DNA from: Candidatus Poribacteria bacterium
GTDB lineage: Bacteria; Poribacteria; WGA-4E; PCPOR2b
NCBI GenBank assembly: GCA_965218095.1
Contig: OZ244587.1
Location: forward strand, 4,736,001-4,800,000
DNA: 64,000 nucleotides
Direction of reading: 5' to 3'
Part shown: positions 30,421-37,438 of the stretch, piece by piece
How the letters are laid out: each line of letters begins with the position of its first letter
Position numbering within the stretch: position 1 is the stretch's first letter
Translations under genes and position numbers: made by a program
Notes under the pieces: model-generated
Seen by the model: the letters and a program-made list of their open reading frames with translations, nothing else
What the model was told of the DNA's origin: nothing
Database searches by the model: none

Positions 30421-31920
30421 TTAATCTTGAACGTCATCCCCGTGCATGTCGTAAGTAATCCGCGACAGCCGCAGTTCAGACTGGAACACCTGGGGTTTAT
30501 AAATGGAAGTGCCAAGAAGCATGCGCACACACTCCTGCACCCCCTCGGTGACCGCCGGATGCGGATGGAGGAGTTCCGCAAGGTCTCGGACAGAGCGGCT
30601 ATGATTAATCAAAAGTGACACGGCTTCAATGGTTGTCGAAGCATGTACGCCCAACGCCCGCATCCCAAGTATACGCATTTCATCGTCATCAGTCACCAAC
30701 AACTTCACAAACCCACCAGTTGCCCGCATGGCGATTGCACGGTTGACGAGAGAGTAACCGTAGACGGCAACCCAGTAGGAAATTCTGCGCTCCTGGGCTT
30801 GCTGTTCGTTCAATCCAATGGCAGCAACCTCTGGATCCAGAAACATGATGGTTGAGAGGTTATCATAGGATAGCGGACCCTTTGTCGCGCCGTACATACG
30901 CTCGACCGCATAGCGCCCCTCAATCTCGCCAACGCTTACGAGAGCCAGATCGAGCGTCACATCGCCGATGGCATAGATGTGCGGGACAGAGGTTTGTGTG
31001 TCCTCGCTGATGATGTGTCCGCGTCCGGTCACTTTAACGCCAGCTTTGTCCAGACCGAGCTCTTCGGTGTTGGGCGCCCGCCCGATGGAAACAAGCGCTC
31101 GCTCGACGATCGAAGTCTCACGGGCGCCTGAAGGGTGTTCGATAGTGTACTCCACCTCTCCATCTATCACCCGCATGGATATAAGCTGTGGGCGATGGTG
31201 AATGGTGACGCCCTTCGCCTCAAGATTTGTCGAGCAAAGGCCGGAGACATCCTCGTCCTCAAATGGCAGGATGCGATCCGCTCTGTCAATCAGATACACT
31301 TTTGTCTGACCAAAGTTAGCGAAGATTGTCGCAAACTCGCAGCCGACTACGCCCGCGCCGAGGATGACAAGAGACTTTGGGAAGCGCGACAGGTGCATCA
31401 GTTGGTCCGAGGTCATGATAAAACGGCCGTCAATGGGGATGGAATCGATCATCCGAGGTCTGCTTCCGGTAGCGATTACAAAGTGTTTCGCAGAAATCTT
31501 TCGTGGTTGTCCTGCCTCAGCCTCCTCGACAAGCAAGGTGTGGGGGTCAAGAAAGCGCCCGGCTCCGCGCACCACTGTTATTGCACCGGGGCAACCGAAA
31601 CGTGGCTGCGAAAGCTCAGCAAACTGCCGTCTAATCTGGGAAACCTTCTCGCCAATGGCTTTCTTGACGCAGTCCACCACATAGTCATAGCTAATCTCGA
31701 CGTTCTCTGCGATGTATCCGCGATCTCTTCGCAAGGCATTGCGATAATCCCGCGATAATTCCCACAGTGTCTTCGAGGAGAGGGCGCCATTTTGCAGGCC
31801 TGTGCCGCCAAGGGCGCCCCTCTCAACAATGCAAATCTGCGCCCCAAAATCCCATGCTCGCATAGCTGCTGCAACGCCAGCCGGACCAGCCCCAATTACA
31901 CAGACATCGAAATCTGCCAT
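30421..31920 (-). CDS. Pyridine nucleotide-disulfide oxidoreductase family protein (SthA/dihydrolipoamide dehydrogenase-like)
   Basis: GAGPAG, ATGSRP, GAGVVGCE, YAIGD, C-terminal HPHPAVTE. Confidence 0.88.
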   Translation of the reverse strand: MADFDVCVIGAGPAGVAAAMRAWDFGAQICIVERGALGGTGLQNGALSSKTLWELSRDYRNALRRDRGYIAENVEISYDYVVDCVKKAIGEKVSQIRRQFAELSQPRFGCPGAITVVRGAGRFLDPHTLLVEEAEAGQPRKISAKHFVIATGSRPRMIDSIPIDGRFIMTSDQLMHLSRFPKSLVILGAGVVGCEFATIFANFGQTKVYLIDRADRILPFEDEDVSGLCSTNLEAKGVTIHHRPQLISMRVIDGEVEYTIEHPSGARETSIVERALVSIGRAPNTEELGLDKAGVKVTGRGHIISEDTQTSVPHIYAIGDVTLDLALVSVGEIEGRYAVERMYGATKGPLSYDNLSTIMFLDPEVAAIGLNEQQAQERRISYWVAVYGYSLVNRAIAMRATGGFVKLLVTDDDEMRILGMRALGVHASTTIEAVSLLINHSRSVRDLAELLHPHPAVTEGVQECVRMLLGTSIYKPQVFQSELRLSRITYDMHGDDVQD

Positions 31921-31952
31921 GTATCCTCCTTACTCAAGTTTCAAGACTGAAA

Positions 31953-32234
31953 TTAAATCAAAAGCATGGCAATATCCGAAAATTCGACCGCCATGGCATA
32001 GGTGAGTCCTCGCATAGCGACCTGCTTTTCATCCCTACTTTCCATCACCAGCAGTTCATGATGATGTTGGTTCAGCATATCACGGTAGGCAGGCAGCGGA
32101 TAGTCCATTGTGACAATTGCTTCAGTCTGTGCAATTTGACAGGCGTATTCTGTCGCTGCCTGAGAATAGCTGGAGCCATCTAACCCTAACAAGATTTTTG
32201 CAAAGCTTGAACCTGAATGATCTGTTTGGGACAT
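31953..32234 (-). pseudogene. Internally deleted universal stress protein-like gene
   Basis: KILLGLDGSSYSQAATEYA is a USP N-terminus; it is joined to a short tail and is only 93 aa. Confidence 0.5.
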
Positions 32235-32398
32235 AATAATCTCCGATCCTGATTAGCAAATATAAACGCGGTAAGGCGCTGTCATAAGAGAGGAAGTCCA
32301 ACAAACAAGCGCGATCTATTATAGCAGAGAAATCTCTGTATGCCAATCAAAAAAGGTGGCGCCCGGCTTTTTTATTGACGTGACTCCGCCAAAGTGCT

Positions 32399-32728
32399 AT
32401 GATGGTAAATGTTCAGGTAGTGTATGGGTTGATACGGCGGGTTGTTTTTGGAATTGAGAGACTTCCAATAGGGCGCAGGAGACAATCTTTGGAGAATCAA
32501 GCCATCAACTTGTTTGTGGGATTACCGTGTCTTGCAATCCCAGAGGAAACTGCCGATTACTATGCACAGATGAAAAGGCAAGCGGAACAACAGGGTATAC
32601 CACTGTCTGATAACGACCTTTGGATAGCTACCACTGCGATGACACTCAATGCAATTCTTGTCACTTCTGATTCAGACTTTCAGCGGATTGCCGGATTCGA
32701 GTTACAGCTTGAGGATTGGACAAGTTGA
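32399..32728 (+). pseudogene. PIN-domain (VapC-like) protein lacking its N-terminal D-T-N/S motif
   Basis: GIPLSDNDLWIATTA...LVTSDSDFQRI...LEDW; no upstream antitoxin gene seen. Confidence 0.7.
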
Positions 32729-32773
32729 TGAAGGGAAGGTTTGTCTTTCGGGTGTAAGGAGGAACTGAAGGAA

Positions 32774-33745
32774 GTGCATCGCACATATCAGATGGCACGG
32801 ATTCTCAAAGTCGCAAGCCTTATCCGCCGTGACCCCAGAAAATGGAATCGCCCACGCCTCGCCCAAGAACTTCGCGTCAATAAAGCAACGATTTCGCGCT
32901 ACATCGGCGAACTGCGCGAGATGGGAATGCAGGTTATTTCACATGGGCGTGGCGGTTACGAAATCATTACCGATATTTTTCTGCCTGAACTTAACTTTGA
33001 TTGGGATGAAGCCCTTGGTCTGGTTACGGCAGCGAGTTTTTACAGGGCGAATGAAGGGCAACAGGCTCAAGGTACGCTTGACAGTGCCATCGCAAAAATT
33101 CGGACGAATCTACCCAAAGGTACTCAGCGCGTCCTGCAACAGATTGTTCCACAGATTGATGTTCCCGATTTTCAGGTGAGCCAGACCGATGAAAGTCAGC
33201 CGCAGCGCGAGACGCTATATGACGCGATTCGGGAACGCCTCAAAGTCAATATCGAATACAACTCCTTCAGCGGTGGAAAACGTAGGCGACATCGGCTTTC
33301 GCCCTATGCCGTCATGTTCCGCAAACGTGCCTGGTACGTCATTGGGCACTCTGAAACGTTCAATCGGATTCTGACCTTCCGCATCAACCGCATCCATTCC
33401 TTCTCTATCGGCCATACCCCCTACACGATTCCCGAGGATTTCTCTGTGCAGAGATACATGGAGAAAAGTTGGGATGTCATGCTCGGTCCGGAGACACACG
33501 TCGTCATCGAGTTCGCGCCACGCATCGCCCCGCTGATTCGAGAGGTGCGTTGGCATTCGACACAGCAGATACAGGAAAACGCTGATGGAGGACTTCGCTT
33601 TGAAGCCACAGTCGCAGGTTGGCTAGAAGTCGGCTGGTGGGTTTTGGGTTGGGGAGATGAGGCAGAAGTGATTGAACCGAGGGAATTGCGGGAGTGGGTC
33701 GCGCAGACGGCACGGAAGATGGTAAGGATGTATCGAAAAAATTAA
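32774..33745 (+). CDS. HTH-WYL-WCX transcriptional regulator associated with the type I-D locus
   Basis: HTH (LAQELRVNKATISRYI), LSPYAV...WYVIGH...TFRINRI, WVLGWGDEAEVIEP; start uncertain (GTG 32774 or ATG 32792). Confidence 0.92.
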   Translation: MHRTYQMARILKVASLIRRDPRKWNRPRLAQELRVNKATISRYIGELREMGMQVISHGRGGYEIITDIFLPELNFDWDEALGLVTAASFYRANEGQQAQGTLDSAIAKIRTNLPKGTQRVLQQIVPQIDVPDFQVSQTDESQPQRETLYDAIRERLKVNIEYNSFSGGKRRRHRLSPYAVMFRKRAWYVIGHSETFNRILTFRINRIHSFSIGHTPYTIPEDFSVQRYMEKSWDVMLGPETHVVIEFAPRIAPLIREVRWHSTQQIQENADGGLRFEATVAGWLEVGWWVLGWGDEAEVIEPRELREWVAQTARKMVRMYRKN

Positions 33746-33766
33746 GAATGGAAGATAGGATTGGAA

Positions 33767-33795
33767 GGGTGGCGGATACAGGGATTTGCCCCTAC
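33767..33795 (-). repeat. GTAG-type REP
   Basis: Reverse complement GTAGGGGCAAATCCCTGTATCCGCCACCC, similar to the REPs in 47397-47744. Confidence 0.5.
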
Positions 33796-34016
33796 AGCGT
33801 GATATTCACTTTGTCCGCAACGCACCTGAAAAAAGGTTGCGAAAACGCGGGCGGCAATGGTAAGTTTTATTGAAAGATGTTTGGAAGTTTCAGAGTTTTC
33901 AGAGTTTTCCGAGGAAACGCGAGAATTTGATAGAGACAAAAAAAGGGTGAGAACGCACGCCGGGACTGATTTCTAGGCGGTTTGACAGGAAGTCCCCTCG
34001 GAACTGTACTCGGAAA

Positions 34017-34043
34017 TAGGGAACGGAGATCTCCGTTCCCTAC
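34017..34043 (-). repeat. Perfect GTAG-type palindrome
   Basis: TAGGGAACGGAGATCTCCGTTCCCTA(C). Confidence 0.6.
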
Positions 34044-34064
34044 TTTTCCGAATAACGGAGGAAA

Positions 34065-35003
34065 ATGATGGCGACACAAAAAAGGAAGGCCTCACTTCAG
34101 AACGCACTTCGTGGGCGTTTTGCGAAAAAAGGGTCTGCAGAACTAAAGTCGGATTTAAAAGGGTTGTTTGATACGTTGAGTGGTTATGAGCTTGTGGATG
34201 CGGTTATCGGGCGTGTGCAGCGTTATGCGGTGGAGGCATCCGGTAAGACGGTAGATCACGATTTCAGTCGGATGGAATTGTATGAAGCAGACGAGATTAA
34301 AAGGGGAATCCGTGATGAGTTGGTTTGGCACGTTTCGTCCTTTGTCTCAGATGTGCATCGGGAGTTTATCGTCCAGTGTCATGCGTGGGGGGGGGCTACT
34401 TCCGAAGCGGCTTTGGAGTTGATGAAGACAGACAAGGCGATAAATCGATTGGCGCAAGAGGACGCGATGGGTTGGAACGAACTTCGAGAAACGTTGATTC
34501 ATCGGTTGGCGTATCTGAAGCCGGGTTCGTCTCGGTGGCCTGAAAAGAAGTACGGCTTGGCCTGGCGTGAAGCACGGGAGGAGTATAAACAGGCGTTGAG
34601 TGATATTCCGTTCACGTCTCGGGTGGAGCAGGTTGCGCTTTTAGCCAAACATGCTGAGCGAATTAACTATGAGCTGGATAATAGAATACATTCCGTGAAA
34701 GCTTTGCAAATGTTGACGAATTCGTTGGTAAAGACGGTAGAGAGTTTGCGGAAACTGTCGGCGGTTGATGAACAACAGATACCTGCGAATTTGTCTGCGC
34801 CTCAGCTTGTTGGGGTTCTGGAGCGGCTGACGCTTGCGCTGAGGGCGCCTGAGCAGAAGGCGATTGGCGGTGGGGCTGAGGAACTTGTTGGGGTTCTGGA
34901 GCGGTTAACGCTTGCGTTGAGGGCGCCTGAGCAGAAGGTGATTGGCAGTGGGGCGGAGGCTGTGCCTGCGGAGGCGGGTGGTGACGTGGGCGAGCCTGAG
35001 TGA
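34065..35003 (+). CDS. Hypothetical protein with a DUF2280-like (phage-related) central region and a 26-aa C-terminal duplication
   Basis: GGAGG RBS; REFIVQCHA...AWREAREEY...DIPF pattern; LVGVLERLTLALRAPEQK twice (78-bp period, 34806 and 34884). Confidence 0.6.
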   Translation: MMATQKRKASLQNALRGRFAKKGSAELKSDLKGLFDTLSGYELVDAVIGRVQRYAVEASGKTVDHDFSRMELYEADEIKRGIRDELVWHVSSFVSDVHREFIVQCHAWGGATSEAALELMKTDKAINRLAQEDAMGWNELRETLIHRLAYLKPGSSRWPEKKYGLAWREAREEYKQALSDIPFTSRVEQVALLAKHAERINYELDNRIHSVKALQMLTNSLVKTVESLRKLSAVDEQQIPANLSAPQLVGVLERLTLALRAPEQKAIGGGAEELVGVLERLTLALRAPEQKVIGSGAEAVPAEAGGDVGEPE

Positions 35004-35135
35004 AGTGACCTGAGTTGCCGCCTTAGATAAGACCAAGCGCAGAAACCGAGTTTTTAGATGAATAGACACGAGTTCGGCGGAAACGCCAACGATTTGCTCA
35101 GGTCTGGGTTCGTAGTAGCGCAATTCATTATACAA

Positions 35136-36359
35136 CTACGGCATGCTTGCAACGATATTTTGAACTTCCGTTTCTAATTCCAGGGTGATTTGCTGCGTGG
35201 TTTGTCTTTTCTCTTTTTTATAGGCTTCATAGGCATCCAGCAGATTTTGGGGCGTACCAATACGAACGAAAGCATCCAGGGGGCCTTTGGCTTTCGAGCG
35301 ACCAAAGACCTCCGCTTCAAGCCGTGTGATGACTTCCAGAAAGCGTTCTTGAGATGGATGTTCGCCGATGTACCCCTCGTAAATCGCAATAGAGTTGACA
35401 ATGCGGCGCAGGTCTGTGAAAAATTGTCGAAATTTGTCAAGGCGCTGTGTGTGAATCCCCTTCTCATATTTGGTCATCTCATCTACATCCCGGTAAATTT
35501 CCTCATTAATCTGGTTCTGAATGGCCCGAACTCGCCTTAGTGGATGCGAGTCTGGTTGAGGAACGATTCCCATGAAGTTCTCCATCTGTGACAGAATGTG
35601 TTCTTTCAACAGTTGAATTCGCTCATTAAGTGAACTATCTTCGCTCAGACGAAGTTGATATTCTTTCGCCAGCGTCATCAGCAGGCTCGCTCCCACATTC
35701 TTCACGCGGTCATACAATTCTGTAGGCGGATCGGTATGCTTAGGCAGGACGCTTTGTTCCAGATTCGTAAGTGCCTGCTCAATTTGACGCCACATATCTT
35801 TCTTGTAGATGTACTTTAGCCCGACAGGTACAAGATAGACAGGTTTGACATTACCCGCCTTTTCCATATCATTGAGTGCCCAGAATCCGAACTGTGCAAT
35901 GCCACTTTCAAACGGCATAATCGTCTCGTTCTGATGCGAGATTTCTCCTTCGCCGAAGATAACTAACTTCTGCTCCCCTTTGGTCAGCGTTTCTCGTGTC
36001 AGCCGAAACGAATCCCGGTCTACGGCGCCACGCACGATTGAATAGGCGCCAAGCCTAGTCATGAAAAATCCTCTCCATTTCCCCCCAGCTAACTGGTCAA
36101 AGGTCTCTCGTGCTGTCATATAGCGAAACCGCTCCCCACAGCGTTTTGACACCGCAAACATCACATGTGGGTCAGCGTGGGTTGGATGATTCGGCACGAG
36201 AATCGTTGAGAATCCATCAGTTGATTTCAGCCTATCGAGGGATGTTGCATCAATATCTAAATGTGAAACCTTCTGGGAAAGCCGCATGAGTAACGGTAAC
36301 ATCAACTTGACGGTCCCGATCACGATTGCATTCTCTTTGGGCGGTTTGAAATCTAGCAT
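35136..36359 (-). CDS. Phospholipid/glycerol acyltransferase (PlsC domain)
   Basis: NHPTHAD (HX4D), IFGEG, VPVGLKY; GGAG RBS before ATG 36359. Confidence 0.88.
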   Translation of the reverse strand: MLDFKPPKENAIVIGTVKLMLPLLMRLSQKVSHLDIDATSLDRLKSTDGFSTILVPNHPTHADPHVMFAVSKRCGERFRYMTARETFDQLAGGKWRGFFMTRLGAYSIVRGAVDRDSFRLTRETLTKGEQKLVIFGEGEISHQNETIMPFESGIAQFGFWALNDMEKAGNVKPVYLVPVGLKYIYKKDMWRQIEQALTNLEQSVLPKHTDPPTELYDRVKNVGASLLMTLAKEYQLRLSEDSSLNERIQLLKEHILSQMENFMGIVPQPDSHPLRRVRAIQNQINEEIYRDVDEMTKYEKGIHTQRLDKFRQFFTDLRRIVNSIAIYEGYIGEHPSQERFLEVITRLEAEVFGRSKAKGPLDAFVRIGTPQNLLDAYEAYKKEKRQTTQQITLELETEVQNIVASMP

Positions 36360-36519
36360 CCGATCACTCCAAAACTCGATTTCTCTGGGATAGGTAGCAA
36401 GTTTGATTATTTTAAACGATCTCGGAAACAATGTCAACCCGGAAATGCGGCGCCATGTTACCTCTGATTCCGTCCAATTCTTATCTTGTCAAGTATATCC
36501 GGGCTTCTAATGCGGAAAC

Positions 36520-36650
36520 GATTGGCGGGGAGGCTGAGGTTGTGCCTGTGAAGGTGGGTGGTGACGTGGGTGAGCCGGAGTGAAGTGATTGAACCGAAGG
36601 AATTGCGGGAGTGGGTCGCGGGGATAGCACGGAAGATGGTAACGGTGTAT
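36520..36650 (+). repeat. Chimeric duplicate of the 3' end of the 312-aa ORF fused to the 3' end of the WYL gene
   Basis: 36520-36588 resembles 34940-35008 and 36582-36650 resembles 33665-33733; joined at the shared GAAGTGA. Confidence 0.85.
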
Positions 36651-36676
36651 TTCAAAGCAAAACGATGATTTTGCCC

Positions 36677-36705
36677 TTGACCAAAAGGGCCGGTTCTGCT
36701 ACCAT
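36677..36705 (+). promoter_or_regulatory. Promoter of the mini-CRISPR RNA
   Basis: TTGACC-17bp-TACCAT with extended TG. Confidence 0.6.
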
Positions 36706-36797
36706 AATGGCGAGAATCTCGATTACGAGATTGAAATATGGTTGTGTTATATTTTGCCCTAATTGTATGATAAGAATCTCGATTGCGAGATTGAAAT
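36701..36797 (+). CRISPR. Mini-CRISPR / crRNA-like RNA: two degenerate repeats around a 23-nt spacer
   Basis: AGAATCTCGATTACGAGATTGAAAT and ATGATAAGAATCTCGATTGCGAGATTGAAAT match the 3' part of the array repeat with the hairpin intact; spacer ATGGTTGTGTTATATTTTGCCCT (36738-36760). Confidence 0.9.
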
Positions 36798-36805
36798 ATT
36801 TTTAT

Positions 36806-36861
36806 TTGACTTGTTGGGTTGTCTATGTTATAATTAGTTTATTGTGATGGTAGTGTTATAT
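36806..36861 (+). promoter_or_regulatory. Strong sigma70-type promoter followed by the mini-CRISPR target site
   Basis: TTGACT-17bp-TGnTATAAT (36806-36834); GTG PAM at 36844-36846 then ATGGTAGTGTTATAT (36847-36861), 14/15 identical to the spacer 5' end. Confidence 0.8.
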
Positions 36862-36893
36862 ACTCAATTAGAATAAAAATACAAGGAAATCAA

Positions 36894-37133
36894 ATGCAAC
36901 CCTTAAATCCATCTCTGGAAATTCAAGCACATTTAAAAAAAATAGATCGGGAGCAGTCTTATATTGAAGATCGGCATTATGAGATTGGTCAGACTGTAAA
37001 TCTTTTAGAACGCGAGAATGCAGATTTACTTGATCGTTATAGCGATCTGGATTCGGCAAAGGAAATTTGCTACAGTGCACTCGCAGGCGACCCCGTCGCG
37101 ATTTGGGCGGAACTTCAGCGGTTCGGACTTTAA
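36894..37133 (+). CDS. Small acidic hypothetical protein (79 aa), candidate Cascade-repressed toxin
   Basis: AAGGA RBS, ATG start and its own consensus promoter; no family recognised. Confidence 0.7.
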   Translation: MQPLNPSLEIQAHLKKIDREQSYIEDRHYEIGQTVNLLERENADLLDRYSDLDSAKEICYSALAGDPVAIWAELQRFGL

Positions 37134-37221
37134 GATTGTGGGAAATGCGTCTGGAGAAACCTAGTTTTTCGGCAAAACTGGGAATGGGGCAATCAATTAC
37201 ATTCTTAAACAGACGAACCGC

Positions 37222-37272
37222 AAAAAAAGCAGGGCCTACATCCACCGCCAAGGATGGGTTCGGTCCTGCGCA
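37222..37272 (-). ncRNA. Candidate ~50-nt small RNA with a UUGGCG loop
   Basis: Minus-strand promoter TTGACC-17bp-TGCTATAAT (37306-37278); hairpin GCAGGACC...CAUCC-UUGGCGGU-GGAUG...GGCCCUGC followed by U7. Confidence 0.6.
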
Positions 37273-37438
37273 TCGTTATTATAGCATTCAACTCAAGATA
37301 GGTCAAATCCTTTTCAAAAGATTTTAACAAAAATGAGATTCGGCGAGATTTTTTTTGATTAGTTGCAGGTTTGTGCGACTGATCGTATGTTATCATGTTC
37401 TCGGTTACTGGAAAATCCGATGAAATGGAGGGTTTAGA

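Noticed and set aside
36977-36988. ATTATGAGATTG in the 79-aa ORF, and ATTGCGAGATTG near 29787, resemble part of the repeat
   Set aside because: Only about 12 nt with no hairpin or GAAAC end; compatible with chance
37205-37273. Minus-strand mini-ORF ATG CGC AGG... (MRRTEP...) as a CreT-like rare-Arg RNA toxin
   Set aside because: The ATG is only 4 nt past the -10 box, probably upstream of the start site; no SD; the ORF runs past the terminator
37382-37394. ATCGTATGTTAT at the cas3 promoter loosely resembles the mini-CRISPR spacer
   Set aside because: Needs a gap and a seed mismatch, and lacks a GTN PAM
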